Assembly: GCA_040877915.1 (NCBI GenBank)
Contig: JBBDNA010000008.1
Location: 37,846-101,845 of the forward strand
Reading direction: 5' to 3'
Source of the DNA: Dehalococcoidia bacterium
Lineage (GTDB): Bacteria; Chloroflexota; Dehalococcoidia; SM23-28-2; RBG-16-64-32
DNA length: 64,000 bases
Notes under the pieces: generated by a model
Database searches by the model: none
What the model saw: only the letters and a program-made list of their open reading frames with translations
What the model was told of the DNA's origin: nothing
Shown: positions 50,136 through 60,341 of the stretch, piece by piece
How positions within the stretch are numbered: the first letter of the stretch is position 1
Layout of the letters: each line of letters begins with the position of its first letter
Position numbers and translations under genes: made by a program

Positions 50136-51487
50136 TGCCCGGCGACCGCCCCCTCGCCGGCCTCCGCGTTCTCGACCTCGCCCAGGTATACGCCGGCCCC
50201 ACCTGCTCCCGCATCCTCTCCGACCTCGGCGCCGAGGTCATCAAGGTCGAGGGCATCCACCGCGTGGACATCGTGCGCAACTTCGTCATCTACGACAACA
50301 AGACCCAGGACGACTACTTCAACCGCGCCCACTACTTCCTGCTGCGCAACGCCGGCAAGAAGTCCATCACCCTGGACTTCCAGGACCCTCGCGCCCCCGA
50401 GCTGGTCAAGCGGCTCGTCCCCCACGTGGACATCGTCACCGAGAGCTTCACCCCCCGCGTCCTCGCCCAGCACGGCATCGCCTACGACTCCCTGCGCGAA
50501 ATCAAGCCGGACATCGTCATGATTTCGCTGTCCGGCTACGGCCAGACCGGCCCCTGGCGCGACTACACCGCCTACGGCATGGCCCTGGAGCCCGCCTCCG
50601 GCATCTCCTCCTTCACCGGCTACCGCGGCGGCGACCCCCTGCGCACCGGCATCTCCTTCACAGACCCCTACTCCGGCATGGTCGGCGCCGGCGCCGTCCT
50701 CGCCGCCCTGGCCTACAGACGACGTACCGGCAAAGGCCAGTACATCGACCTCTCCGAGCAGGAGGCCGCCATCCCTGTCGGCGGCTACGCCCTCATGGAC
50801 CGCGTCCTCAACGGCCGCGATCCCGAGCGCACCGGCAACCGCAGCCCCTGGTTCGCGCCCCAGGGCTGCTACCCCTGTCGCGGCGACGACGACTGGCTCG
50901 TCCTCACGATCCGCGACGACGCCGAGTGGCGCGCGTTCTGCGACGCCGTCGCCCACCCAGAGTGGGCCGAGGACGAACGCTTCGCCGACGTTCCGGGCCG
51001 TCACGCCCACCACGACCAGCTCGACGAGCTAATCGCCTCCTGGACCCGCGAGTATGACCACGTGGAGGCGATGCACCTGCTCCAGGGGGCCGGCGTTCTC
51101 GCCGCCGCCGTCCTCAACCCGAAGGAGGTCCTCCTCGACCCCCACCTTCGGGAACGCGGCTACTTCGACATGATCGAGGACCGCGGCGGCGTCCGGCCCA
51201 CGGCCAGGCAGCTCGGCGCCCGCTTCTCCGCCTTCGACACGTCCACGACGGCGCCCGCCCCGAAGCTCGGCGAGCACAACCGCGAGGTCCTCCAGGGCCT
51301 CCTCGGCCTCAGCGACGAGGAGATGGCGGAGCTGGCGGAGGGCAAGGTCATCGGCGACACACCGGAGTTCGCCGTGCCCATCCAGGTCATGCAGGCGTTC
51401 GTCCAGTGGCCTCTCCAGTCGTTCCTCCAGATGGGCTGCGTCCGGGCGGTGGAGCCGGACTACAGGCAGCAGCTGGGGCTGGACTGA
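50135..51487 (+). CDS. family III CoA-transferase (CaiB/BaiF-like), second copy
   Basis: 450 aa with LAGLRVLDLAQVYAGPTCSRILSDLGAEVIKVE. Confidence 0.9.
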   Translation: MPGDRPLAGLRVLDLAQVYAGPTCSRILSDLGAEVIKVEGIHRVDIVRNFVIYDNKTQDDYFNRAHYFLLRNAGKKSITLDFQDPRAPELVKRLVPHVDIVTESFTPRVLAQHGIAYDSLREIKPDIVMISLSGYGQTGPWRDYTAYGMALEPASGISSFTGYRGGDPLRTGISFTDPYSGMVGAGAVLAALAYRRRTGKGQYIDLSEQEAAIPVGGYALMDRVLNGRDPERTGNRSPWFAPQGCYPCRGDDDWLVLTIRDDAEWRAFCDAVAHPEWAEDERFADVPGRHAHHDQLDELIASWTREYDHVEAMHLLQGAGVLAAAVLNPKEVLLDPHLRERGYFDMIEDRGGVRPTARQLGARFSAFDTSTTAPAPKLGEHNREVLQGLLGLSDEEMAELAEGKVIGDTPEFAVPIQVMQAFVQWPLQSFLQMGCVRAVEPDYRQQLGLD

Positions 51488-51568
51488 CCCGGTGTTGACG
51501 CTCACCGCGGACGGGCGTATGCTGACGTTCGCGTAAGAGTCAGTCAGTCTAGGAAGGGCCCCGCGATC

Positions 51569-52507
51569 ATGAAGTTCGGCGTTCAAGCCACCCAGTCCGG
51601 CATCTCCTGGGAGGACCTCCTCGACCTCTGGCGCGAGCTCGATTCCAATACGGCCTTCGAGCACCTCTGGCTGATGGACCACTTCGTCACCGGCCAGGGC
51701 TCGGCCGCCAACTCCGAAGGCCCCTGCCTGGAGGGCTGGACGGCCCTCGCCGCCCTGGCCCAGGCCACCTCCCGCGCCCGCATCGGCATCATGGTCACCG
51801 GCAACACCTACCGCCATCCCGCCGTCCTCGCCAAGATGGCGACGACAGTCGACAACATCTCCGGCGGACGGCTGGAGTTCGGCCTCGGCGCCGCCTGGCA
51901 TGAGTACGAGCACCAGGCCTTCGCCATCCCCTTCCACACCGTCCGCGAGCGGCTGGAGCGCCTGGACGAGGCCGCCCACGTGACCAAGGCCCTCTGGACC
52001 GAGGACCGGCCGAAGTTGGACGGCAAGTACTACCAGCTGGACGCGCCGCCCTACAACCCGCCCAACGTCCAGAAGCCGCACCCGCCCATCGTCATCGGCG
52101 GCGGCGGCGAGAAGCGCACTCTCCGCACCGTCGCCAGATACGCCGATGCCACCAACGTGTCCGGCACGCCGGACGAGGTCCGGCGCAAGTACCAGATCCT
52201 GGAGGGCCATTGCAGGGACGTAGGCCGCGACTTCAGCGAGATCCGGCGCACCATCCAGGTCCTCCTCTTCCTCACCGACGACGAGGACTTCAAGCGGCGC
52301 GTTATCCAGGGCGTCATGGCCTTCCGCGGCGGCGATGAGGAGTCGGCCCGTCGCTCCACCCTCCTCGGCTCGCCCGACGAGGTCAAGGCTCAGATCAAGA
52401 CGTTTGCCGAAGCCGGCGTCCAGGAGATCGTCCTGGCCCAGTTCCCCCGCGCCCACCGCCAGAGCCTCCTCCGCTTCTCCCAAGAGGTCATCCCGGAGTT
52501 CCAGTAG
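51569..52507 (+). CDS. LLM-class (luciferase-like) F420-dependent oxidoreductase
   Basis: 312 aa. MKFGVQ...FEHLWLMDHF, LGLGAAWHEYEH, and the PPIVIGGGGEKRTLR pattern of the Rv1855c-type LLM subfamily. Confidence 0.85.
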   Translation: MKFGVQATQSGISWEDLLDLWRELDSNTAFEHLWLMDHFVTGQGSAANSEGPCLEGWTALAALAQATSRARIGIMVTGNTYRHPAVLAKMATTVDNISGGRLEFGLGAAWHEYEHQAFAIPFHTVRERLERLDEAAHVTKALWTEDRPKLDGKYYQLDAPPYNPPNVQKPHPPIVIGGGGEKRTLRTVARYADATNVSGTPDEVRRKYQILEGHCRDVGRDFSEIRRTIQVLLFLTDDEDFKRRVIQGVMAFRGGDEESARRSTLLGSPDEVKAQIKTFAEAGVQEIVLAQFPRAHRQSLLRFSQEVIPEFQ

Positions 52508-52509
52508 CC

Positions 52510-53298
52510 ATGCCCCGCGTACTCGTGACCGGCGGCACCGGCGTCCTCGGCCGCGAGCTCGTAAAGCGGCTCGCGCCCGCCGCGGAGACTACCGTCCGCA
52601 TCTCCTCCCGCCGCCCTCGTCGCGACTCCGATCCCGACGTCGAGTGGACGCAGGTCAACCTGGAGACGGGCGAGGGCCTGGCCGAAGCCGTCTCCGGCGT
52701 CGACTCCGTCCTCCACTGCGCTTCGTCTCCATTCCGGCGGACGAAGACCGTCGATGTCGAGGGAACCGACAAGCTCCTCGCCGCTGCGAAGACGGCGGGA
52801 GTGTCGCACTTCTTGTACATCTCGATAGTCGGCATCGATCGTATACCCCTGCCCTACTACAAGAACAAGCTGGCCACCGAGTCCGCCGTCGCCGCCGGGG
52901 GAGTCCCCTGGTCCATCTTCCGCGCAACCCAGTTCCACACCCTCATCGACATGTTCCTCCACGGCCTCGCCCGCTTCCCCTTGGCCCTGTTGCCCACCGG
53001 CTTCCGCTTCCAGCCGATCGACCCGGGCGAGGTCGCGGACAGGATGCTCGAACACCTCGGCAACGGCCCGGCGGGCCGCGTGACCGACCTCGGCGGCCCC
53101 CAGACCCGCACTCTCGCCGATCTCGGCCGCGCCTGGGCCAAGGCGCGTGCCGTCCGCCGCCTGTACATCCCAATGCCCCTGTTCGGCAAGGTCGCCTCCG
53201 GCTTCCGCAAGGCCTACAACTGCACGGAAGACGGCGAACGCGGCCGCATCACCTGGGAGGAATGGCTCGCCACGCGCTACCGAAAGGAGACGCCATGA
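52510..53298 (+). CDS. NAD(P)H-binding (NmrA/atypical SDR-like) protein
   Basis: 262 aa with VLVTGGTGVLGRELVKRL. Confidence 0.8.
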   Translation: MPRVLVTGGTGVLGRELVKRLAPAAETTVRISSRRPRRDSDPDVEWTQVNLETGEGLAEAVSGVDSVLHCASSPFRRTKTVDVEGTDKLLAAAKTAGVSHFLYISIVGIDRIPLPYYKNKLATESAVAAGGVPWSIFRATQFHTLIDMFLHGLARFPLALLPTGFRFQPIDPGEVADRMLEHLGNGPAGRVTDLGGPQTRTLADLGRAWAKARAVRRLYIPMPLFGKVASGFRKAYNCTEDGERGRITWEEWLATRYRKETP

Positions 53299-53813
53299 CC
53301 CAGCAGACCGCGATCACCAGGGACAGGCTCCTCGAAGGCCTCCGCGACGGCGCCAGCGAAGCCTTCGAGCGGCTGACCGCTCTCCCCGAGACGGAGTGGG
53401 AGAAGGGCCGCTACGAGAACGGCTGGAACGCCCGCCAGATCCTCGCCCATATCGCCTCCATCGAGTGGACGTACCCGCGCCTGATAGAGGTGGCGCGTGA
53501 GGCGAGAGCGGAGGCGAAGCCGAAATCCGAGTCGAAGCCCGCCCAGCCGGCCAGCCGCCCCGCCTCCGGCGGCATCCTCTCCTACAACGACCGGCAGGTG
53601 GAGAAGCGCGCCGGCCTCCCCGTCGCCGAGCTCATCGAGGAGTTCCGCACGAACCGCAAGGCCACCATCGCCGCCTTCGAGGCCGCGGACGACGATCTGC
53701 TGGCCACGCCCATCCGCTCCGCCGGCGGCATCACGGGGCCCCTGGCCACAGTCCTCTACCAGATAGCCGTCCTCCACGTCCGCGTCCACCTGGACGACAT
53801 TGTCGGCTCTTAG
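53295..53813 (+). CDS. DinB-family (DinB_2-like four-helix bundle) protein
   Basis: 172 aa with an ATGA overlap with the upstream gene. W.ARQILAHIA and a C-terminal H..VH pattern. There is an internal low-complexity insert (AKPKSESKPAQPASRP). Confidence 0.65.
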   Translation: MTQQTAITRDRLLEGLRDGASEAFERLTALPETEWEKGRYENGWNARQILAHIASIEWTYPRLIEVAREARAEAKPKSESKPAQPASRPASGGILSYNDRQVEKRAGLPVAELIEEFRTNRKATIAAFEAADDDLLATPIRSAGGITGPLATVLYQIAVLHVRVHLDDIVGS

Positions 53814-54355
53814 GAGCTGTACTCCGGGTAGCTGGCGCGGTATCCCAGCAACCTGGCGATAGGCGCCAGGACGGCCATCCCCGCTCTCTGGACGGCGATC
53901 GGAGGCCCGGCCAGGAACAGCTCATACTCGCGGGCCAGCAGAGCGGCGTGCAGCGTATTGGGCATGCCCTTGTCGTTCGTCTTACCGTCCCGCGCCAGGC
54001 CAAAGATCGTCTCCAAGGCCATCTCCGTCCTGAGCGCGGGACGCACCTGCATGATCAGGTGGGCTTCTTCATCGGTAGGGTTCCATAGCGTGTGCCGAAT
54101 CCCGCTCCGCAGCGTGACGGAATCGCCTCCGTTGAGGCCCTCCTCCTTCCCTCCCAACCGGTAGCGCACCGATCCGGACTCCACTTGCACCCGCTCCTCC
54201 TGTCGCGCATGCACGTGCTCTGCGGGGATGAAGCCGTGCGGCTGAAGGACCAGATCGAACTCCAGTAGCTCGCCGCTAGTATCGGCCGCCGTCTGGCGAA
54301 AGACGATCCGTTCGCCGGTCACCGGGTTTTCAATCGTATCGCCTGCCTGGGCCAT
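53810..54355 (-). CDS. cupin domain protein
   Basis: 181 aa with G.....EH.H...EE...V..G motifs (PAEHVHARQEERVQVESG). Confidence 0.8.
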   Translation of the reverse strand: MAQAGDTIENPVTGERIVFRQTAADTSGELLEFDLVLQPHGFIPAEHVHARQEERVQVESGSVRYRLGGKEEGLNGGDSVTLRSGIRHTLWNPTDEEAHLIMQVRPALRTEMALETIFGLARDGKTNDKGMPNTLHAALLAREYELFLAGPPIAVQRAGMAVLAPIARLLGYRASYPEYSS

Positions 54356-54403
54356 TGCGCTCCTCCCTTTGCGACCTCGCGCCCGTAGTATACTGTCACC
54401 GCC

Positions 54404-55186
54404 GTGACCGCGTCTCTAGTCCTCACCGAGGTCCGCGACCGCGCTCTCGTCGTCACGATCAACCGGCCGGAGGCGCGCAACGCCGTCAACGGCGAGACGG
54501 CCGGCCTGCTGTTCGAGGCCGTCGACCGCTTCCGCTCGGACGACGCACTGGACACGATGATCGTGACCGGCGCCGGCGAGGTCGCCTTCTGCGCCGGCGC
54601 CGACCTCAAGAACAGCGGCAGCCTGATGCAGCGAGAGGGCGCGCAGGAGTCCGGCCCCATGGGGTTCACCCGCGTCACGGACGCCGGCAAACCCGCCATC
54701 GCCGCCATCAACGGCTACTGCCTGGCCGGCGGCCTGGAGGTCGCCTGCTGGTGCGACTTCCGCATCGCCGACGAGTCCGCCCGCTTCGGCGTCCTCAACC
54801 GCCGCTGGGGCGTGCCCCTGGTGGACGGGGGCACGCAGCGGCTGCCGCGCATCGTTGGGCTGGGGAACGCGCTCTACCTCATAGAGACCGGCGCCATGCT
54901 CGACGCTCAGCAGGCCCTCCGCATAGGCCTCGTCCAGGAGGTCGTGCCCAGGGGCAAGGCCCTGGAACGCGCCCTGGAGCTCGCCGCTGCCATTTCGAGT
55001 TACCCCCAGGTCAGCCTCCGCGGCGACCGCCGCGCCGCCCTCGAAGGTCACCCGCTGCCCATCGACGAGGCGCTCGACCTGGAGCGTCGCATCCACGAGG
55101 CGAGCCTGGGCGACCCGGCCATGGCCGAAGGCCTGCGCCGCTTCGCCTCCGGCGACCGTCCGCCGCCGCCCACACCACCCGCGTAA
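54404..55186 (+). CDS. enoyl-CoA hydratase/isomerase family protein
   Basis: 260 aa. VTINRPEARNAVN, TGAGEVAFCAGADL, and AAINGYCLAGGLEVACWCDFR. Confidence 0.9.
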   Translation: MTASLVLTEVRDRALVVTINRPEARNAVNGETAGLLFEAVDRFRSDDALDTMIVTGAGEVAFCAGADLKNSGSLMQREGAQESGPMGFTRVTDAGKPAIAAINGYCLAGGLEVACWCDFRIADESARFGVLNRRWGVPLVDGGTQRLPRIVGLGNALYLIETGAMLDAQQALRIGLVQEVVPRGKALERALELAAAISSYPQVSLRGDRRAALEGHPLPIDEALDLERRIHEASLGDPAMAEGLRRFASGDRPPPPTPPA

Positions 55187-55202
55187 CCCGTCTAGCAAAC
55201 CG

Positions 55203-55232
55203 TTGACACTGGTGCACAATTGGTGCCATAGT
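55203..55232 (+). promoter_or_regulatory. cassette promoter copy 1
   Basis: TTGACA (55203-55208), an 18-nt spacer ending in TGc, then CATAGT (55227-55232). It is part of a ~90-bp block conserved upstream of four consecutive genes. Confidence 0.5.
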
Positions 55233-55269
55233 GACCGAAGCTCACGAATTCTGAACAGGAGAAAACCAG

Positions 55270-56541
55270 ATGTCTACGCGCAATCGCAGGATCCTCCTAG
55301 CCGGTGGCGCCCTCGCAGTCGTGGCGCTGACCGTCACGCTTCTGGCCGGAGGTCGCGAAACCTCAGCCGGCGTGGCCGCCGGCCCGCTGGCCTACATCTC
55401 CAACACCAGCTCCGACGATGTATGGGTCGTCGATCTCGACGCCCAGGCGGTGGTCGACGTCGTGCCCGTGGGCGATGACCCTCGCGGCATCGACATCGCG
55501 CCCGATAACAGCAACGTCTACGTGGCCAACCGCTTCGACGACACGGTGTCGGTCATCGATACGACCACGAACACGGTCGCCGACACGATCGACCTGGGGG
55601 CGAGCGTTCTCGTTACCGCCACTGAGCCGTATGACGTGGTTGTCAGCCCCGACAACGCGTTCCTGTACATCGCAATGAAAAACGGCGGCAGCGAGAACGG
55701 CGATGGCACCGTCGCCGTGGCCGAGCTGCCCTCCGGCGACGTAATAGCAGAAGAGATACTGGACAGCGCCGCTTCTCCGGAGGGGATAGTCGTCACGCCG
55801 GACGGTAACAAGGTCTACGTCGCCGCTCGCGGCGCCATGTACGTAGTTGACGTCTCCGACCCCGCGAACCCCTCCTTCACCGGCACCAGCGGCGTCGCCG
55901 AGCGTGAACTCGTCGTCTCGCCGGACGGCGAATGGGTCTACGCCGACAACAACGCCGTGCGCACGAGCGACGATACCGCCTTCGCCACCGGCGACTCCTC
56001 CGGAGAGCGAGGCATCGCCATCTCGCCGGACGGCCTACAGCTGTTCAGCACTGATGAGACCGACGACGTGTGGGTGGTTGACGTGACGCCCGGCGATCCA
56101 CCCACCACCGCCTTCCTCCAGGACATCCAGGACGTTACGCAGAGCGAGTCCTACGGCGTAGACCTGACGGACGAAGGCGACCGCGGCCTCGTTTCCTTCC
56201 GCGGCAGCAATACCGTCCGTATATTCGACGTGGCGACGTTGAGCTTCATCGGACCCGTGATCGACATGCAGTTCGACCCGGGCACGGGCACCATCTTCGG
56301 CAGCGAGCCCAAGCAGCTCGTCATCTCCCACACGATTCAGCCCACGCCGACGCCCACTCCCACGCCCGAGCCCGGGGCGGCCACGCCCACGGCCACACCC
56401 ACGGCCGCCGCCCCGGCGGAGCTGCCCGACACCGGTGGCACGCCCGGCCCTGATAGCGGCCTACCCTGGCTTGCCATCCTCGCCGCGGTCGGCGCGGCGG
56501 CCGTCGCCGGCGGCGCCATTATCGCCGCGCGCCGCCGCTAG
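55270..56541 (+). CDS. YVTN-type beta-propeller repeat surface protein with LPDTG anchor
   Basis: 423 aa with a signal/TM N-terminus. Repeated ...VYVANRFDDTVSVIDTTTN... propeller blades, a PTPTPTP linker, and [40 protein letters not shown]. Confidence 0.8.
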   Translation: MSTRNRRILLAGGALAVVALTVTLLAGGRETSAGVAAGPLAYISNTSSDDVWVVDLDAQAVVDVVPVGDDPRGIDIAPDNSNVYVANRFDDTVSVIDTTTNTVADTIDLGASVLVTATEPYDVVVSPDNAFLYIAMKNGGSENGDGTVAVAELPSGDVIAEEILDSAASPEGIVVTPDGNKVYVAARGAMYVVDVSDPANPSFTGTSGVAERELVVSPDGEWVYADNNAVRTSDDTAFATGDSSGERGIAISPDGLQLFSTDETDDVWVVDVTPGDPPTTAFLQDIQDVTQSESYGVDLTDEGDRGLVSFRGSNTVRIFDVATLSFIGPVIDMQFDPGTGTIFGSEPKQLVISHTIQPTPTPTPTPEPGAATPTATPTAAAPAELPDTGGTPGPDSGLPWLAILAAVGAAAVAGGAIIAARRR

Positions 56542-56560
56542 CCCGAACAGCGAACCGACA

Positions 56561-56594
56561 AGGGGCCGCCCCGGTGGCCATCGGGGCGGCCCCT
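56561..56594 (+). terminator. GC-rich hairpin after cassette gene 1
   Basis: ggggccgccccg-gtggccat-cggggcggcccc is a perfect 12-bp stem. There is no clear U-tract. Confidence 0.5.
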
Positions 56595-56618
56595 TCGCAT
56601 AACCCGTCCAGCAAACCG

Positions 56619-56648
56619 TTGACACTGGTGCACAATTGGTGCCATAGT
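56619..56648 (+). promoter_or_regulatory. cassette promoter copy 2
   Basis: TTGACA (56619-56624), an 18-nt spacer, then CATAGT (56643-56648). The sequence is identical to copy 1 across the -35 to -10 region. Confidence 0.5.
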
Positions 56649-56685
56649 GACCGAAGCTCACCAATACTCAGCAGGAGCACTAACG

Positions 56686-58530
56686 ATGTCCATCCCCCTA
56701 CGCGTGTCCCTCGTATTCAGCGGCATCCTCGCCCTGGCGGCCGTAATCGTCAGCGCCGGCGCCTGGCTCGCCTCGCCGGCGCAAGCGGCGACGTTCACGG
56801 TGACGAACACGGACGATTCCGGCGACGGCTCCCTCCGCCAGGCGATCGAGGACGCTAACGCAGCCGCGGGAGCGGACACGATAGACTTCAGCGTGACCGG
56901 CACCATCACCCTCGCCTCCACCCTGCCGGACATCCTCGACCCGCTCACGATCGACGCCAGCGGAGGCGGTGTGGTGCTCGACGGGGCCGGCGTCGCCGGC
57001 CCTGGCCTGGCCGTGTTCGACAACTTCGCCCAGTTTACCGTCCTCGGCCTCACCATCCAGAACATGGACGGCCGTGGCATCGCTATCGCCGCCTGTGAGA
57101 TAGACGCCACGATCGACGGCGTCACCGTCCAGGACGTAACTGATCGCGGCGTAAATATCGACGTCGTCACCGAGATCACCAAGTGCGACAGCAGCCTGGA
57201 CGAGGCGAACCAGGTCATCATCCTCAACAGCAGCATCTCCGGCGCCTCCGACGGCATCGACATCGACTTCTGCGTAAACATCGGAGACTGCACGCTTAAC
57301 GGCTCCATCAACGTCGACATCTCCGCCAACTCACTGATCGAATCCACCACCGACGGCGACGGCATCGACCTGCGGATCTGCCACAGCTCAGACCTCTGCG
57401 ACCTCGCCGGTCCCATCGACATCACCGTCGGCGGTGACGGCCCCATCACCGGCACTAGCAACGACGGCGTCGACTTGCGGGTCTGCGACAGCGGCGGCTT
57501 CTGCGACGTGGCCGCTCTTACCATGGACGTTAGCGACAACCACGGAGATATCACCAGCGACGTGGACCCGGCCGTCCACCTGGAGGTCTGCACGGGATCA
57601 TGGGTCGATGGCTGCGTCGCCAACGCCGCGCTCTCCGTCCGTAACAACACCGGCGCGATCACCGGCGCCGACAACGAGGGAATCCTGGCGTTAATCGAGA
57701 CGAGCGACGGGACACACTCTATCGACATCACCGGGAACTCGGCCATCGTCAACAACGGGTCGGACGGCGTCCAGGTCTGCTGCGACTCGGCCGCCACTAC
57801 CATCAGCGGCAACGCCATCATGGATAACGGCACGGATGGCGTCGACCTCGCGGGTACGGGGGAGACCGTTACCGGCAACATCATCTGCGGCAACGGGGAG
57901 AGCGGGGTCAACGAGGACTCCGACGCCAACGCGCCGTTCGATGTCACCGGCAACTGGTGGGGCGACCCCACCGGTCCGACCCACCCCGAGAACGCAGGCG
58001 GCGCCGGCGACGCCCTTGAAGACGCGGCCAGCGGCGGCTCCGGCGACGGCGATTTCGACCCCTGGATAGACACTATCACCGCCAGCGCCGACCCGGCCGC
58101 CCTCAACGTCCCCTCCGCTGTAGCCTTCCAGTTCGCCAGCGCCGACGGCACAACCTTCCTCGGCGAAGGCGCCGGCCCCTTCGAGATCACCACCGACAAC
58201 GGCGCCGTCAGCCCCAGCCCGGCCTTCATCAACGGCCCGGACGGCACCCTGGAGGTCACGCTTACCCCGGACGAGGTCGGCACCGCCACCGTCACCGCCA
58301 CCGGTCCCTGCGGCCTGGACGATACTCTCGGCGGCAACACGATCACCCTGGACGTCGCCGCCGCCCCGGTCGGCCCCACCCCCACCTCGACTCCGGCCGC
58401 CCCCAGCGAGCTGCCGGACACCGGCGCTCCACCCGCCTCCCAGAGCGGCGTTCCCTGGCTCGCCCTCCTCGCTGCGATAGGCGCGGCGGCCGTCGCCGGC
58501 GGCGCAATCGTCGCCATGCGGAGACGCTAA
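56686..58530 (+). CDS. right-handed parallel beta-helix repeat surface protein with LPDTG anchor
   Basis: 614 aa from ATG 56686 with an AGGAG RBS. Signal peptide ...ASPAQA|[17 protein letters not shown] motif. Many (N/D)xGxDGI beta-helix turns. [40 protein letters not shown]. Confidence 0.8.
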   Translation: MSIPLRVSLVFSGILALAAVIVSAGAWLASPAQAATFTVTNTDDSGDGSLRQAIEDANAAAGADTIDFSVTGTITLASTLPDILDPLTIDASGGGVVLDGAGVAGPGLAVFDNFAQFTVLGLTIQNMDGRGIAIAACEIDATIDGVTVQDVTDRGVNIDVVTEITKCDSSLDEANQVIILNSSISGASDGIDIDFCVNIGDCTLNGSINVDISANSLIESTTDGDGIDLRICHSSDLCDLAGPIDITVGGDGPITGTSNDGVDLRVCDSGGFCDVAALTMDVSDNHGDITSDVDPAVHLEVCTGSWVDGCVANAALSVRNNTGAITGADNEGILALIETSDGTHSIDITGNSAIVNNGSDGVQVCCDSAATTISGNAIMDNGTDGVDLAGTGETVTGNIICGNGESGVNEDSDANAPFDVTGNWWGDPTGPTHPENAGGAGDALEDAASGGSGDGDFDPWIDTITASADPAALNVPSAVAFQFASADGTTFLGEGAGPFEITTDNGAVSPSPAFINGPDGTLEVTLTPDEVGTATVTATGPCGLDDTLGGNTITLDVAAAPVGPTPTSTPAAPSELPDTGAPPASQSGVPWLALLAAIGAAAVAGGAIVAMRRR

Positions 58531-58552
58531 CCGCAAACAAGAACCGCTCACA

Positions 58553-58583
58553 GGGGGCCGCTCCGATGCATCGGGCGGCCCCC
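58553..58583 (+). terminator. GC-rich hairpin after cassette gene 2
   Basis: gggggccgc(t)ccgatg / catcgggcggccccc forms a 15-bp stem with one bulged T. Confidence 0.5.
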
Positions 58584-58608
58584 TTCGCGTAACCCATCCA
58601 ACATCCCG

Positions 58609-58637
58609 TTGACACTCCCCGCCACCCGTGCCATAGT
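58609..58637 (+). promoter_or_regulatory. cassette promoter copy 3
   Basis: TTGACA (58609-58614), a 17-nt spacer, then CATAGT (58632-58637). Confidence 0.5.
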
Positions 58638-58674
58638 GGCCGAAGCTCACCAATACTCAGCAGGAGCACTAACG

Positions 58675-60207
58675 ATGTCCATCCTCAAGCGCGTGTCCCT
58701 CGTATCCGGCGGTATCCTGGCCCTGGCGGCCGTAATCGCCAGCGCCGGTGTCTGGCTCGCCGCGCCGGCGCAGGCCGCAACCTTCACCGTCACCAAGACG
58801 GCCGACACCGCCGACGGGACCTGCGACGCCGACTGCTCACTGCGGGAGGCGATCATCGCCGCCAACGCCAACGCGGAGGCCGACATCATCAACGTCCCGG
58901 CGGGTACCTACGTGCTCACCAGCGGGGAGCTGGAGATAACCTCCGACATCACTATCAACGGCGCTGGCGCTTCCTCCACCGTCGTGGACGGCAATGGCTC
59001 TAGCCGCGTGTTCCATATATCTGATACGGGTGCGACCGTCGTCATCAACGACCTGACGGCCCAGAACGGCGACGCGGCGAACGGCGGCGGTATCGAGAAC
59101 GACGGGATTCTCAGCCTCACTTCGGTAGCCGTCAGTGGCAACAGCGGTGGCGGGATCAACAACACCGGGACGCTCTCCCTGGCAGACAGCACAGTGGACA
59201 ACAACAGTGGGTCCAGTGGAGCCGGGATTAACCTGACCGGCGGCGGGCCCGGCAACGGGACGCTGACGGTCTCTAACAGCTCGATTAGCGACAACACGGC
59301 TACGGGCTCATCCGGCGGTATTCACAACACAGGCGCCGGCAACCCGGTCACGATCGTAGACAGCACCGTGCGTGGCAATACGGCCACCACCGGAAGCGGC
59401 GGCGGCATAACCCACACGAGCAACGGCACGTTGGAAATCTCCGGAAGCACGTTTAGCGGCAACGAGGCGGGAAGCATCGGCGGCGCCATCTACCACACCG
59501 CCTCAGGATCAGGCGCCATAACGATCGTCAACAGCACCGTGAGTGGCAATTCAGCAGCCGACAACGGCGGCGGCATCTATTGCACGAGCGGCGCGGGCCT
59601 GGACCTCGGCAACGTCACGCTCAGCGATAACTCCGCGACCAGCGGCGGCGGCATCTACATCACCTGCTCTGACGTCACTCTCACCAACACCATGGTTGTG
59701 AACTCCGCCTCCGGCGGCGACTGCGACAACGGCACACCCACCTCACTGGGACACAACATCGACTCCGACGGCAGCTGTGGCTTCGCCGCGACCGGCGACC
59801 AGCCCGGCGTGGACCCTCTACTCGATCCCCTGGCCCTCAACGCCCCCGGCTCCACCCAGACCCACGCCCTGCTGGCCGGCAGCCCCGCAATTGACACCGC
59901 TGACGACACCGCCTGCCCCGCCAGCGACCAGCGCGGGGTGGCCCGCCCCCAGGACGGGGACGATGACGGCACCGCCATCTGTGACGTAGGCGCGTTCGAG
60001 CTGGAGCCGGCGGTGCCCACACCGACGCCGACGCCACAACCGGCGGGCCAGACGCCGACGGTCACAGCTACCGCCACGCCGGCGGAGCTCCCCGACACCG
60101 GCTCTCCGCCCGCGGCCGATAGCGGCGTCCCCTGGCTCGCCCTCCTCGCCGCGATAGGCGCGGCGGCCGTCGCCGGCGGCGCCCTCATCGCCACGGGCCG
60201 CCGCTAG
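58675..60207 (+). CDS. beta-helix (polymorphic-membrane-protein-repeat / choice-of-anchor-Q-like) surface protein with LPDTG anchor
   Basis: 510 aa from ATG 58675. Signal ...AAPAQA|[18 protein letters not shown]. Repeated GGGI.N.G.L...S.(V/I)S.N turns. C-terminal [43 protein letters not shown] + TM + GRR. Confidence 0.8.
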   Translation: MSILKRVSLVSGGILALAAVIASAGVWLAAPAQAATFTVTKTADTADGTCDADCSLREAIIAANANAEADIINVPAGTYVLTSGELEITSDITINGAGASSTVVDGNGSSRVFHISDTGATVVINDLTAQNGDAANGGGIENDGILSLTSVAVSGNSGGGINNTGTLSLADSTVDNNSGSSGAGINLTGGGPGNGTLTVSNSSISDNTATGSSGGIHNTGAGNPVTIVDSTVRGNTATTGSGGGITHTSNGTLEISGSTFSGNEAGSIGGAIYHTASGSGAITIVNSTVSGNSAADNGGGIYCTSGAGLDLGNVTLSDNSATSGGGIYITCSDVTLTNTMVVNSASGGDCDNGTPTSLGHNIDSDGSCGFAATGDQPGVDPLLDPLALNAPGSTQTHALLAGSPAIDTADDTACPASDQRGVARPQDGDDDGTAICDVGAFELEPAVPTPTPTPQPAGQTPTVTATATPAELPDTGSPPAADSGVPWLALLAAIGAAAVAGGALIATGRR

Positions 60208-60223
60208 CCCGAACGACGCAACG

Positions 60224-60255
60224 AAAGGGGCCGTGCCGCGAGGCGCGGCCCTTTT
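60224..60255 (+). terminator. intrinsic-terminator-like hairpin after cassette gene 3
   Basis: aaaggggccgtgcc-gcga-ggcgcggcccTTTT is a stem of about 14 bp including two G-U pairs, with a T4 tail. Confidence 0.55.
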
Positions 60256-60278
60256 CGCGTAACCCGTCCACCATCCCG

Positions 60279-60307
60279 TTGACACCTGCAATCGCTCATG
60301 CAATATT
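60279..60307 (+). promoter_or_regulatory. cassette promoter copy 4 (diverged)
   Basis: TTGACA (60279-60284), a 17-nt spacer ending in TGc, then AATATT (60302-60307). Confidence 0.45.
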
Positions 60308-60341
60308 GGCCCAAGCTACGTATTCTGAATAGGAGCACATC

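Noticed and set aside
56658-58517. 619-aa minus-strand ORF opposite the beta-helix gene (similar cases at 57691-58653, 59655-60194 and 61103-61885)
   Set aside because: These are antisense shadows of repeat-rich plus-strand genes. The plus-strand proteins carry signal peptides, LPDTG anchors, RBSs and promoters.
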